Source: Synechococcus sp. (GTDB lineage Bacteria > Cyanobacteriota > Cyanobacteriia > Thermostichales > PCC-7336). Taken from it: a DNA stretch of 53,779 nt. Below are positions 1 to 10,067 of this stretch, in pieces. Below the pieces are notes generated by a model that was not told the origin of the DNA, did no database searches, and saw nothing but the letters and a program-made list of their open reading frames with translations. The stretch covers positions 1 to 53,779 of the forward strand of contig JBFRWN010000030.1 in the NCBI GenBank assembly GCA_051439605.1, given 5' to 3'. The position numbers and the translations under genes are program-made. Position 1 is the first letter of the stretch; each line of letters starts with the position of its first letter.

Positions 1-72
1 CTTGCCGTTATGGATACGACCATTCTTGACAATATCTTCGGAGTCACAGCTCGGGCAAGTCGGTTTTAACAT
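1..72 (-). CDS. IS1-family transposase N-terminus (InsA-like zinc ribbon), partial
   Basis: Manual translation MLKPTCPSCDSEDIVKNGRIHNGK; CPxC...IVKNG..HNGK is the IS1 InsA signature; not in the ORF track. Confidence 0.85.
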   Translation of the reverse strand, partial: MLKPTCPSCDSEDIVKNGRIHNGK

Positions 73-124
73 TACTGGCTCACGATAGCTAAATGATCCC
101 TATCCTTACATTCGGTGGACTACC
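1..124 (-). mobile_element. Left end of an IS1-family insertion sequence (runs off the window edge)
   Basis: Minus strand begins GGTAGTCCACCGAATGTAAG at 124 (IS1-like GGTA terminus), followed ~50 nt later by an InsA-like zinc-ribbon ORF. Confidence 0.8.
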
Positions 125-209
125 AAATTACTATGCCCAAAATAAAGAGAGCAAGAATTTTATTGGATAGCACATTCTTACTCTCCGATCGTCAGTCAGA
201 GGATATTTT

Positions 210-536
210 CTATTTTACGCGATGAAAAACTGCGCAAAGCTTGTTCGGATTGGAAATACGCGCTTTGAACAAAAAAGAAGGAGGTACGTTGACAATCGCG
301 TAGTCTGGAGAAGTGAAATAAGGCTCTACATCGGGAGCAAGATTTCGAGGAGCACCGGCAACTTGGGGAATAGGTTGGAACAGAATTCCCGTGAATTTCA
401 CTTTCTGGGCTTCTATTTGGCCCGCCACTTGCCCTAAAAAGCTATCATCCTCTAGCAAGCCAAAAAGTATCTTTTGGGACTCAGGCTCTAGAGTAAAACT
501 CGTGTCTAAGTTGTTAATGATGCGCAACTCTACCAT
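210..536 (-). CDS. Hypothetical protein (108 aa)
   Basis: ATG-started ORF with globular composition; no recognised motif. Confidence 0.65.
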   Translation of the reverse strand: MVELRIINNLDTSFTLEPESQKILFGLLEDDSFLGQVAGQIEAQKVKFTGILFQPIPQVAGAPRNLAPDVEPYFTSPDYAIVNVPPSFLFKARISNPNKLCAVFHRVK

Positions 537-1451
537 AACTGATAACGCTTGTTAGCTCCTTCCCAAAGTTGAACTTAGAATTCTAAAACCATTGAGGCCA
601 CGGTAGTCTTGCATCAAAACTGCATGCAATACCACGGTCAATCGTTAGCACCAGCTTCAGAATATCCTTTTTTGATTCTATTGGAACGCAGTAGCACGTT
701 CGAAGGAGTAAAAGCTACCTCCACTTACAACAAAAAGCCGTATCAAACCACAAGAGCATCAGGACCCATACTTAAGTATATGCCTGTTGCCGGCGTACGG
801 CCACGTACGTATATAAATATATACCATAAATGTCGAAATGCGACAAGAAGGCAACAAATGGGCGCATTCTCAACGGATGAAGTCTGGCAGTCAGAGGATA
901 GGGGTTGGATATTACACTCTAATTCTGCGGGTTCGGGAATCCCTGTTAGCCTCCTTGCACGCAATCGATCCTGCTCGGAGGCGTAACGCTTTTCCTTAAA
1001 GTCAGAATATTGAAATGTTTTAAGTGTTTCCAAAAAAACTTGGATTATAGTTTGTTACGAAACATTTTTCATTGGCTGAGGACAATCGGGAACTATTCAG
1101 AAGAGCTTTTCGCCTAAAATCTAAAAAAATTCTATTCTGCATTGGACAATAAAAAATTGGCCATAAAAAGTAGTGTGCTCTCTTTGCTGGTTTTGCATCG
1201 AAGAGCTTAGCTTGCGCATGGTTATTACTTCATTTGTGTCGAGCATGGATTGTTTTTGCAAAGATTTTATATTTCGAGTATTGCTTGCTCGTATTCAAGA
1301 GTGTTGTTTACATCCATTAGCATCCAGCAGAGGGAAATCTGCTTATTTCATGACATTGGTAGATGCATTTTTTATCTAAATAACTGACATGTCCTCAGCG
1401 CCTTGTTGGTCGCAACAAGCGAATCTCACTTGCCTGGAGATCGCGCTTTCC

Positions 1452-3641
1452 TTAATTGTCCCTAGAGAAAAGCGCTTTGATTTTGCGGCAGAACCAGTGG
1501 GAGCCTTTGCCCAGTTTCGGTTCAGCTGCCTCAGGCGGGGCTGTGGCGAGAGCTGCCTCATATCCAGATGCTGGTTGAGGGTGTGTGTTGGGAGCTCGAT
1601 CTGGAGTAGGTGCTGGAAAGCTGGAGGGCTTCAAAATTGCTTCGAGCTGGCTGTAGGTTTCGACGGGCTGCATGCAATAGCGACTGAACCAAAGGGCGGC
1701 TATGCGAAGATCTGGATCTGACAAACGTTCTAACTCCAACATCCAAGGGGGACTTTTCGTGAGGATTTGTTGTCCTTTGAAAATCAGGGCCAAACTCTTT
1801 GCTGCCTGCAATTGCTCAGAATTCGGTAGCTCGTGAAAGCATTGAATCAGACGCGCAACTTCGTTGGAAGGGGGAAATAATTGGGTCTTTAGCAGCAACT
1901 GATTGCGAACGAAACAGAATTGGGATAAATCGGTTGGCTGATGGCTGACTGAAGAACCCGCTGTAGGAGGTATCCCTAGGTTGGGCTTCGTTCCATGTGG
2001 TGCAGTTGGTGCGCTTGTACTGGAAGTGCTCGTTGTTCTGGAGGCATTAGCACCCATGCTTGAGATAGTCCCTACTGTAGAGATGTTGTTCTGGCGCTGC
2101 CGGACGGCAAAATTTTCTGCAAATTGAATCAAGTGTTTACGCTCTGGCTTTTTCTGCCCGGCCACCCGGCTATAGAACCAGAAGGCTTCATCATTCTCCA
2201 AACCTAGTTCGATCAATGTGCGACGCACGCGATCGCCCGTCTGAATAAAATCGAGAGGGCGATCGGCAAGACGATTCGCGCATACGTACCAAAAGCGTTC
2301 CTGCTTAGCCACCTGGAACCGGATTCCTTCAGCTTGGAATTGGCGCTCGAGGGTTTGCGCAAGGGTTTGGGCATCTACTTTAGGTTTTGCAGGGAGGGGG
2401 GGGGTGACTTGAGATGGCTGGATACCCGCAGACAGTATCTCTGTTGGGGCGTTTTCGTCGTCATCCTCCTGAACACCAAGAACTTGGGGCTTTGTAGACA
2501 ACCGATTGGCGGAGGGATTGCCTAAAGACACCATCTCTGTTGAAGCATTTTCATCAGCGTCCTCTGGCATCACATTTGCAGCAGAAATCTGGCCAGAAGC
2601 AACAACATCACCTATAGACACCATTTCAGTTGCAGCATCTTCATCGTCATCATTGGCCATAGGAGAGAACGATGACATCCGCTGAGAAGCACGTCCTACG
2701 GACACCAGTTCCGTAGTTGCCTCTTCGTCGGTACCGCCTGGGAATTGGGAGAGCGTTGAGAACTGATTCGGAGTAGGATTCCCGAGGGAAACCAGTTCTG
2801 TAGGGACTTCTTCGTCGGTCCCTCCTGGGACTTGAGAAGGCTTGGAAGGGGTTGCGCGACTCAGCGGTATTACCTCATGCTCATCACCCCCATCCTCAGC
2901 AAAGGGGGAAGCGGTAAGAGAATGATTACCATCTGTGGAGGACAGTAGGACCATCTCCGTTTCAGCCTGCTCATTGTCAGTGTAATTGCCTTCGAAACTG
3001 GGGGATGGATTAAAGGATGACTGCTGGCCGTAGCTGGCTTGAAGGTGAACCATTTCTGTGGGGTCGTCCTCTAACTGGACTTCCCCCGTTAGAAAAACCA
3101 TTTCTGTAGGGTCGTCCTCTGACTGGACTTTTCCTGTCAAAGAGACCATATCTGTGTTTTCGTCCTCTAAATCGGCTTCTCCCGCCAGGGAGATCATATC
3201 TGTAGAAGCTTCATATGGGTTGAATTTTCCTGTCAGAGAGACAAATTCCGTAGGCGCTTCTCTATCCTCAGTGGATTCATATGTACTGCTACCAGCTAAG
3301 TTTGTAATTGCGGTTTCCTGAGGCATTCCCAGGATGGAGGATGCGCCCGCAACGCTAATATGTCGGCCGGTGAACTGACGGGGAATTTGGATGTAAGACT
3401 GCCAGTCTGGTTGGGTTCTTCCTAAGGTGCGGCTATAAAACCAGAAACCATCCTCACTTCCCTGCCACTGAGAGGCAACCGCGCCCTGAATCCTCTCGGT
3501 AATGGGAGCGTAATTGAGTGAGTTGTCGGATGCATGGTTGAGATATACGTGTAGCACCCCACCATGCTCAACAATTTGAAAGTAGATATTGTCTGAGGAA
3601 TAGTGCTCGTTTAAGGATTGAGCGATCGCATCAGCGCTCAT
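1452..3641 (-). CDS. Hypothetical multidomain protein with duplicated ~86-aa domain and acidic Thr-motif repeat linker
   Basis: 729-aa ORF; internal repeats visible at DNA and protein level. Confidence 0.85.
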   Translation of the reverse strand: MSADAIAQSLNEHYSSDNIYFQIVEHGGVLHVYLNHASDNSLNYAPITERIQGAVASQWQGSEDGFWFYSRTLGRTQPDWQSYIQIPRQFTGRHISVAGASSILGMPQETAITNLAGSSTYESTEDREAPTEFVSLTGKFNPYEASTDMISLAGEADLEDENTDMVSLTGKVQSEDDPTEMVFLTGEVQLEDDPTEMVHLQASYGQQSSFNPSPSFEGNYTDNEQAETEMVLLSSTDGNHSLTASPFAEDGGDEHEVIPLSRATPSKPSQVPGGTDEEVPTELVSLGNPTPNQFSTLSQFPGGTDEEATTELVSVGRASQRMSSFSPMANDDDEDAATEMVSIGDVVASGQISAANVMPEDADENASTEMVSLGNPSANRLSTKPQVLGVQEDDDENAPTEILSAGIQPSQVTPPLPAKPKVDAQTLAQTLERQFQAEGIRFQVAKQERFWYVCANRLADRPLDFIQTGDRVRRTLIELGLENDEAFWFYSRVAGQKKPERKHLIQFAENFAVRQRQNNISTVGTISSMGANASRTTSTSSTSAPTAPHGTKPNLGIPPTAGSSVSHQPTDLSQFCFVRNQLLLKTQLFPPSNEVARLIQCFHELPNSEQLQAAKSLALIFKGQQILTKSPPWMLELERLSDPDLRIAALWFSRYCMQPVETYSQLEAILKPSSFPAPTPDRAPNTHPQPASGYEAALATAPPEAAEPKLGKGSHWFCRKIKALFSRDN
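3051..3290 (-). repeat. Intragenic 48-bp (16-aa) tandem repeat, ~5 degenerate units
   Basis: cat(t/a)tctgt starts at 3051, 3099, 3147 and ~3195; peptide units such as EDDPTEMVFLTGEVQL. Confidence 0.85.
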
Positions 3642-3866
3642 ATGAAAACATTGAGGTTGCTTACTGGAGGTATCGTACCCAGATGCACAGCACGACCCGC
3701 ACTATCTTTGAAATCGCGACAGAGGAAGAACGAGCTGAGAAGCACCCAAAAAGCTGCTATTCCGCCGTCTGCTTCAACAGAAGTTCGGCGTCAATTTAAA
3801 TGATGGCTACCAGCTGAAAACAGTTTCTAATTCCTGCTGATGCATAGCTTAAATAACTGAGTAGAA

Positions 3867-4202
3867 TTAACCGGCAGCAGGGGTAGCCCCTTCGAGCACC
3901 TGTTGCATCTTTTTGCGGAATTCACCTTTCATGTGGCCACCGCGAATTTCTCCCAGAATGTGAAAGTCACCCTCAGGATCGTCACAGACAAAGTAGGTGG
4001 GCCACCCCATGCTGGATTTGTCGGGGTACTGGGAAATTAAAATATCGCGGTACTTACGATAGGTCTTGCCGTCTTGCAGTTTGACGTCAATAAACCTTAG
4101 GCCCATTTCATCGGCAACTTTGCTATCAAAAAAAGACATCTTGTGGCAAATGCCGCATTCGGTTGAGGAAAATTTGATTAGAGCGCGATCCACGGCAGAC
4201 AA
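3867..4202 (-). CDS. Thioredoxin-fold protein
   Basis: CGIC CxxC motif after a short beta strand (LIKFSS) and downstream GWPT cis-Pro motif. Confidence 0.8.
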   Translation of the reverse strand: MSAVDRALIKFSSTECGICHKMSFFDSKVADEMGLRFIDVKLQDGKTYRKYRDILISQYPDKSSMGWPTYFVCDDPEGDFHILGEIRGGHMKGEFRKKMQQVLEGATPAAG

Positions 4203-4529
4203 CTCTCAATAAATGAATCACTTCTCAGTATGTCATGGGAATGAGAATCCTTGAGATCGGCTGAAATCTTGCCTATCCAATGCCAGCTCCGCCTGTTATT
4301 GGGACTTCTGCCTCAATAGTATCGTTCTCGAAGTGCCCTGTAGGGATTTGAAACACCTGCCAACAAAGGTTTAAGACAGGTTTTAAATTGTCAAGAACCC
4401 ACCAATCTGACGCAATCGATACACTTTTGCAAAGTGCTGAGCCCCATACTCAACATATTCGGAAAACCTCTAGCAATGTTCAACCTCTCCTCCGCGGAGG
4501 GGTTTTCTTTTTGGAAATCTGAATTGGCT

Positions 4530-6401
4530 CTAGCCGGGATTGTTTTTCCCCAAGCTATTGAATTGTGCCCTCTCTGCTTTATGAGGATTAGAGTTGAAAT
4601 CGCCAGACTGAATGCGACTGGTGGATGAAGAGGGGCGATGGAGAATCTCTGCACTGAAGCGAGCGCCCATTCCCTGTGCTGGGTTCTCCCAGGTTTGACT
4701 GCACACCATCCAATTGCGCCGGAAAAAACGGGCCAGGTCGGATTCGTTGAGGGCTAAATAGATCGGACGGCCATGGGGGCAGGTGTGGGGATTTTGGGTG
4801 GCTTTCCATCGCTGAATTAACTGTTCCATCTCTGGCTGTTGCAGTGGGGTACCATTTTGAATAGCGGTACGGCAAGCCAGAGTGGCCTTGGCAAGATCGA
4901 CATTGGCGCAGGAGGCTAAATCCTGCAAAGCGATCGCGGTATCGCTGGCATCCATTAGCAGCTTGGGTAATTGACGGATGGCCCAGAGACGATCTCCAAA
5001 CTCCTCTGCTTGAATACCCAACTCTTCCAGCCGTTCCCGCTCACGCACGCCTAGATCTTTCACCAATAGCGGTTCCGGTAGCATCACCAGTTCCCAGGCC
5101 TTTTGCAACTGCTCGTACTGCACCCGTTCGTGGGCTACATGTTGCTCGACAAGCCACAGGCCTTGCGAAGTCTCCACCAAGACATAGGTGTTCTGCAATT
5201 GCCCCAACACCCGCACCGTCCCCAGTCCTTGACTATAGTCCCCAGGAGATTCCTTCAGTCCGGTAGAAGCAGGTTGGCGATTGAGCAAAAACTGCCTAGA
5301 TTTTTCGTAGGTAGAAGGCTCGTAGTCCGCCAAAGCTGATTGAATCGCTTGTCGCAGGCGATCGCAATAACCCTCTAAATCCTGGAGGTAAAGGTCTGTC
5401 TTGGCAGGGTGACGGTTCCAGTCCACCACTTCGGGGGGGACTTGTAGGTGCACGATACAGAGGGGATGACGATCGCGGGGAATGGTGCGATGGAAGGCAG
5501 ATTGAATGGCTTGTACCATTTGCGGCAGACGAACAAATCTGCCGTTAACGGCCACTTTAAGCCAGTCGGGACGCGGTCGATGATACCGGTCGGGCAGACC
5601 AAGGGTGATGCTGAAGTTGTTGGCAGAGAAAAATGTCAGCTGAGAACGGTCCAGACGATGCACCATTTGCGGAAGCAGATCGGCAGCGGAGTTCCCCGGC
5701 CACAGCTCTAGTGTGGTCTTCCCGTCAATCTGTAACGACCAGGTGATGCTGGGATGGGCCAGGGCAACCTCTTGCAAAACGGTGTGGATGCGACGGACTT
5801 CCCCTTTGCGATCTCCAAGGGCGGTGCGGCGCTCAGGCCAATTAGCAAACAGGTCGCTAGCGGTAACAGTGGTCCCTTTAGCGGCAGCAGTGGGATGCAC
5901 GATGCGGGGGGTGCCATCGCGGTTGAAGGTGGCAAGCCAGCCGTGGTCGCTCTTGACTTCCTGGTTGCAATCCTCTGGGCTCTCTTTTAACTGAGAAACG
6001 CTCGATAAGTGGCGATCGCCCTCGCACGTGTCCCCACGACCGTTGACCTGGCGACAGGAGGCAAAGGACCGAATTTCTAACTGGCTGACCTGGGCTAAGC
6101 TGTGCAGTGCTTTCCCTCGAAACCCCAAAGTTTTGACCCGATGTAACGACTGTTCTCCCGCCTGCAGCTTGCTGGTGCAGTAGGGTAAAGCGGCACTGTT
6201 GAGTTCGGATGGGGGGATGCCGCAGCCATCATCGATGACTTTGACCATCCAGCGTTCGGGCGAGACCTCTACAGCCACTCGCTTGGCCCCTGCGTCTAAA
6301 GAGTTTTCCACCAATTCACGCACGGCTGCAGCTAAGGAATCGATCGCTTCTCCAGCCACCATGAGGTTAACGGTTGTTTGCGGTAGCGGACAAATGGACA
6401 T
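4530..6401 (-). CDS. mutL: DNA mismatch repair endonuclease MutL
   Basis: RELVENSLDAGA, DDGCGI, TLGFRGKAL, DWNRHPAK, EQHVAHER and CPHGRP motifs. Confidence 0.97.
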   Translation of the reverse strand: MSICPLPQTTVNLMVAGEAIDSLAAAVRELVENSLDAGAKRVAVEVSPERWMVKVIDDGCGIPPSELNSAALPYCTSKLQAGEQSLHRVKTLGFRGKALHSLAQVSQLEIRSFASCRQVNGRGDTCEGDRHLSSVSQLKESPEDCNQEVKSDHGWLATFNRDGTPRIVHPTAAAKGTTVTASDLFANWPERRTALGDRKGEVRRIHTVLQEVALAHPSITWSLQIDGKTTLELWPGNSAADLLPQMVHRLDRSQLTFFSANNFSITLGLPDRYHRPRPDWLKVAVNGRFVRLPQMVQAIQSAFHRTIPRDRHPLCIVHLQVPPEVVDWNRHPAKTDLYLQDLEGYCDRLRQAIQSALADYEPSTYEKSRQFLLNRQPASTGLKESPGDYSQGLGTVRVLGQLQNTYVLVETSQGLWLVEQHVAHERVQYEQLQKAWELVMLPEPLLVKDLGVRERERLEELGIQAEEFGDRLWAIRQLPKLLMDASDTAIALQDLASCANVDLAKATLACRTAIQNGTPLQQPEMEQLIQRWKATQNPHTCPHGRPIYLALNESDLARFFRRNWMVCSQTWENPAQGMGARFSAEILHRPSSSTSRIQSGDFNSNPHKAERAQFNSLGKNNPG

Positions 6402-6692
6402 GGAGGGGAATCTACTCCCTGGAATGGAAAGTCATGTGCTCATGGTAGTGGCTGTCGCCATCTCAGTTAGGAAACCAACGTCTATGCTTCGTTCGAGTTT
6501 CGGAAAGCAGAGCATAGCTCTTGACGATCGCTTCATCACTGCGAGTTCGAATAATCAACAGTTGAATTTGCTAGCCTGACTGCAGTAAGCAGGATTGGGG
6601 ACGGTGAAGTGGCAGGGTATCGACAGTTAACTTTTCAACAGTCAACTTCTTACAAATCAACCTCTATACAGGTGAGTCAATATCTAAATCTG

Positions 6693-7334
6693 ATGAGCTG
6701 GCTGTTAGCGATCTCCTGTTGCCTAACCGTCGCCAGCCCAACCCTTGCTCAAAACTTCAATGGCATAAACAGTGCATTTAACGATCGTCCCACTTTTTTT
6801 GAAGATGGGTTCGATCTGATGGAGGAGGAAATTCGCCGTCTAGAATCCCCTCCGCAGCAACCGACGCTGATTGTGCAAGATGATTTGCTGCAGTGGCAAC
6901 CCACAATCGTGCGGGAGGCTGGGGTGGGTTTATGGATGCCTCAGGGGGTAATGACCAAGGAAACCGAACTGTTGAAGACTGCGGCGGGAGAGTGGGAGTT
7001 CGATGTGTTAGCGTCCCATGTCGCCTCTGCCCGCTACTTGGTTGCCCATAGTCCTCTCCCTCCTGAAGAGCGAGATCCACAAACTCTATTGGAAGGGGTG
7101 CGAGATGGTATTGCCAGCCGCACAGATTACGATCTACTGGGCGATCGCCCCATTGCCTTCCAAGATCGTTACCCTGGGCGAGAGTTTCAGTTGTTAGGGG
7201 ATGGTGAACAGGTGACGTTTAGAGCCTATGCGATTGGTGATCGAATGATTGTTTTGGCCGGAGGTCAGCCCGAGATTCAGCAAAACACTGAGGCGATAGA
7301 ATCATTTTTGAATTCCCTGCAGTTGTTGCAGTAG
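6693..7334 (+). CDS. Putative exported protein (signal peptide; start uncertain, track start 6609)
   Basis: [19 protein letters not shown] signal-like N-terminus; C-terminal PGREF...FLNSLQL resembles a cyanobacterial exported/PsbP-like family. Confidence 0.7.
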   Translation: MSWLLAISCCLTVASPTLAQNFNGINSAFNDRPTFFEDGFDLMEEEIRRLESPPQQPTLIVQDDLLQWQPTIVREAGVGLWMPQGVMTKETELLKTAAGEWEFDVLASHVASARYLVAHSPLPPEERDPQTLLEGVRDGIASRTDYDLLGDRPIAFQDRYPGREFQLLGDGEQVTFRAYAIGDRMIVLAGGQPEIQQNTEAIESFLNSLQLLQ

Positions 7335-7510
7335 AGGCAATGGGTCGGGATGACAACAAGCCAGCCTTCAACGTGAATGTAGTTATTGCGAGAGCAGCTG
7401 GGAAATCCATGAGACTAGCCGGACGAGCCGTGAAATCTTCGCAATTTAGGCCCGGACATGCTAGCCTAGTTAACCGGAAATTAGCTTTAGTCGAGGCAAA
7501 TTGGTTCGGT

Positions 7511-7690
7511 ATGACTCAAATTAACGTTGGCGAAGACGAATATATTGAATCTGCGTTACGACGGTTCAAGAAGAAATTACAGAAAGCAGGCATTTTTGCT
7601 GACATTCGCCGCCGCAGACATTTTGAATCCCCCTCCGAGAAGCGCCGCCGCAAGCAGAAGGATGCTCGTCGTCGCGCCCGCCGTCGCTAA
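7511..7690 (+). CDS. rpsU: 30S ribosomal protein S21
   Basis: [22 protein letters not shown]...[14 protein letters not shown]; true start is the ATG at 7511, not 7340. Confidence 0.97.
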   Translation: MTQINVGEDEYIESALRRFKKKLQKAGIFADIRRRRHFESPSEKRRRKQKDARRRARRR

Positions 7691-7762
7691 TCATTAGGGT
7701 GAACCTCGACTGGTCAGGGTATCCGACTTGGATCTTAATCTTTAGCCAGGGAATAACTATTT

Positions 7763-7805
7763 AAAATTTGCTCGGTTAGTCCTCATCGCTTTCCGAGCAA
7801 ATTTT
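7763..7805. terminator. Hairpin between convergent rpsU and FAD oxidoreductase (probable terminator)
   Basis: 13-bp inverted repeat AAAATTTGCTCGG / CCGAGCAAATTTT. Confidence 0.6.
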
Positions 7806-7911
7806 GTATTGTTGCCATCGCGATGGAATCCGCCTTGGATTTATCTGCTGCATTGTTGAAAGCAGAAATGAATCTACCGCGACCGTCAGGTTGCGTTGGA
7901 CAAAGGGCTCG

Positions 7912-9360
7912 CTAAGGCTCCGCTGCCTCTTTGGCTTCGGTAGCAGCTGAGTCTTCCACAGTAACGGAGGGTGTCGCTAAGCTGGGTGCGGGGAGCGGCT
8001 CTTCCGTTATTTCCGAAGGTACAAACAGTTTCATTTTTCCAGGATTTAGAATGCCCAGAGGATCGGCTTGGTGTTTGAAGGCAAGCTGGACCGGATTGCC
8101 AGCATCGTGGCCCCCCTCCTCCAGGATGTAAGTGTGGGGGTTGGAAATGCCCACACCAATGGTTTTGCATTCGTCAATAACAGCTTGCAAGCCCTCGCGA
8201 TCGCGGTATTGCAGGACCGGCAAGGCCCAGTATTGGACTGCCCCCATAAACCGCACCATCTCCACATGCATCATCCAGTCATCTCCAAATTTATCCTTGA
8301 GGTGCGAGAGCTGTTGCCAACTGTCGCGGGGATTTGGGGCAAACGCACATTGCAGATATGTATAATCAGCGTTAAATTTTTTTGCCCATAAGGTGGTGTG
8401 GTTCCAGGTGGCATCGCTGATGGTCGGAGTGCCAGCTCCGTAAAGGGGAGCTTCTCCAGAAATGTCCCCCTGCATTTCAGCCGCCAGCATTTTCGTTTCA
8501 TCGAGGTCGGTGGGATCGATCAGTGTGAGGACAACATGCCGATTGAAATCAACTAGGGTTGCAATCGGTTTTTGATAGACCACCAGTGGCTGTTCTAGCA
8601 ATGCGATCGCCCGTTTGTGAATCCCTTCGCTACGTCCCAACGCCCAGCAAAAATCATGGGCATCTTTGAGGCTCTCGAATCCGATCGCCATCTGTTGCCA
8701 GTCAGTGCGATGGGTGAGGGGCAAATCAATGGCGGTAATGATACCGTTGGTGCCGTAAGCATGCAGCACTTTATCAATATCTTTACCCTGCAATTCCAGG
8801 ACTTGGGGCTCTTCATTGGCGGTAACTACCCGCAAACAGCGCACGTTGCCGCGATCGCGCAATACGCCATGATTCATGCTGCCAATGCCGCAGCTTCCTC
8901 CGGCGATAAACCCACCGATGGTGGACATGGCCACAGTGCTGGGGTACATACGCAGCTCTAGTCCGCGATCGCGCGCAGCCATTTCAATATCAGACAGTTT
9001 GGCCCCCGGACCGACCCAAACGCCCCCATTGTGAAACTCACCGATCTCATCCATTTGCGTCAGATCGAGAACAATCCCACCCGCTAGAGGAACCGCTTGC
9101 CCGTAGTTGCCAGTGCCCAACCCCCGAGGAACCACCGGTACGCGGTGCTGGTAAGCCAACCGCAGCACATCGACCACCTCAGCTTCTGTGGTACATTTCA
9201 CCACTGCCTCTGCCCGCTTATCCGCTAACTGCTCTTGCAGCCAGGGGCTATACCAGTAGTAATCTTTGGAAAATCGCTCGCAACTCCCTTCATCGGTCAA
9301 GATAGAACTAGCAGAGACCGCCGCCTGTAATGCTTTGAGGAAGTCGGGAGACAAGGACAT
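7912..9360 (-). CDS. FAD-binding oxidoreductase (FAD_binding_4 / GlcD-like superfamily)
   Basis: PRGLGTGNYGQ, STIGGFIAGG, GTNGII and C-terminal DPLGILNPGK motifs. Confidence 0.9.
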   Translation of the reverse strand: MSLSPDFLKALQAAVSASSILTDEGSCERFSKDYYWYSPWLQEQLADKRAEAVVKCTTEAEVVDVLRLAYQHRVPVVPRGLGTGNYGQAVPLAGGIVLDLTQMDEIGEFHNGGVWVGPGAKLSDIEMAARDRGLELRMYPSTVAMSTIGGFIAGGSCGIGSMNHGVLRDRGNVRCLRVVTANEEPQVLELQGKDIDKVLHAYGTNGIITAIDLPLTHRTDWQQMAIGFESLKDAHDFCWALGRSEGIHKRAIALLEQPLVVYQKPIATLVDFNRHVVLTLIDPTDLDETKMLAAEMQGDISGEAPLYGAGTPTISDATWNHTTLWAKKFNADYTYLQCAFAPNPRDSWQQLSHLKDKFGDDWMMHVEMVRFMGAVQYWALPVLQYRDREGLQAVIDECKTIGVGISNPHTYILEEGGHDAGNPVQLAFKHQADPLGILNPGKMKLFVPSEITEEPLPAPSLATPSVTVEDSAATEAKEAAEP

Positions 9361-9670
9361 AGCGTTTGCTGCCGTTTTTTTTAGTGCAAGTTTGTTGAGT
9401 TGATTCTAATGTAGGTGGACTGTATTTTTACTCCACCCTTGCCCCTCTCACAGGAATTGCACCTGTTGAAGCCCTCCAATGACCGAAGGTGCAATAAACG
9501 AGTTGCAATAGCAGAAACTGAGGTGGGTATCGCCGAAATGCCTGTGTTTGTAGCTCGGATCGCATTGCTTTAGATGTACTAGATTGAATAGAGCAACTAT
9601 CGGATTTTTTACGCCTCATCTCCGAAGATTTTCTCCCAAACGTTTGCTTTACTGTCACTGACCCCGTTTC

Positions 9671-10060
9671 ATGCTTGTTGCCTCGATTACCTACTCCAAT
9701 CGCACCTATAGACGGGCAATGCGTGCCATGCGCTGTGCTCCATTTTTGCGGCCGCTGTATCTCCTGATGTTGGATGGCAGCGTTGACCTCTCTGAAATTA
9801 GCGATCGAGCAGGGGTAGCGAAAGGATACATCGTCAGTCCACTCCCCGAGCGAGCGTTAGAGGATGAATTGATGTGGCTGATTCAGGTGGGGGCGATTCG
9901 ACGGGAGGTGGATGGCCAAGGAATTACCAGTCGTTATCGATTAGCCCCGATTGGCCGCCAGTTGCTGGTGAGATCCCCCCCTAATTCCCCTATTGGGCAC
10001 CAGGGCAACTGGATTGAACGTATCTGGGATCGGCTTTTGCGTTGGCGGATTTTGAGTTAG
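9671..10060 (+). CDS. Conserved cyanobacterial protein (Npun_F0494-like)
   Basis: WLIQVGAIRREVDGQGIT..YRL motif. Confidence 0.8.
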   Translation: MLVASITYSNRTYRRAMRAMRCAPFLRPLYLLMLDGSVDLSEISDRAGVAKGYIVSPLPERALEDELMWLIQVGAIRREVDGQGITSRYRLAPIGRQLLVRSPPNSPIGHQGNWIERIWDRLLRWRILS

Positions 10061-10067
10061 TGCAGGT

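Noticed and set aside
609..1379. ORFs 609-986, 743-1033 and 1173-1379 in the AT-rich spacer
   Set aside because: Non-ATG starts, mutual overlap of the first two and no motifs; 743-1033 cannot be fully excluded
4200..4360. CRISPR array
   Set aside because: Only one repeat-like unit, no second copy at spacer distance and no cas genes; kept only as a low-interest finding
7340..7510. N-terminal extension of RpsU in the ORF track
   Set aside because: S21 homology starts at ATG 7511
9440..9500. Cobalamin riboswitch
   Set aside because: T-loop-like hairpin present, but the flanking GGGAA and B12-box elements are absent
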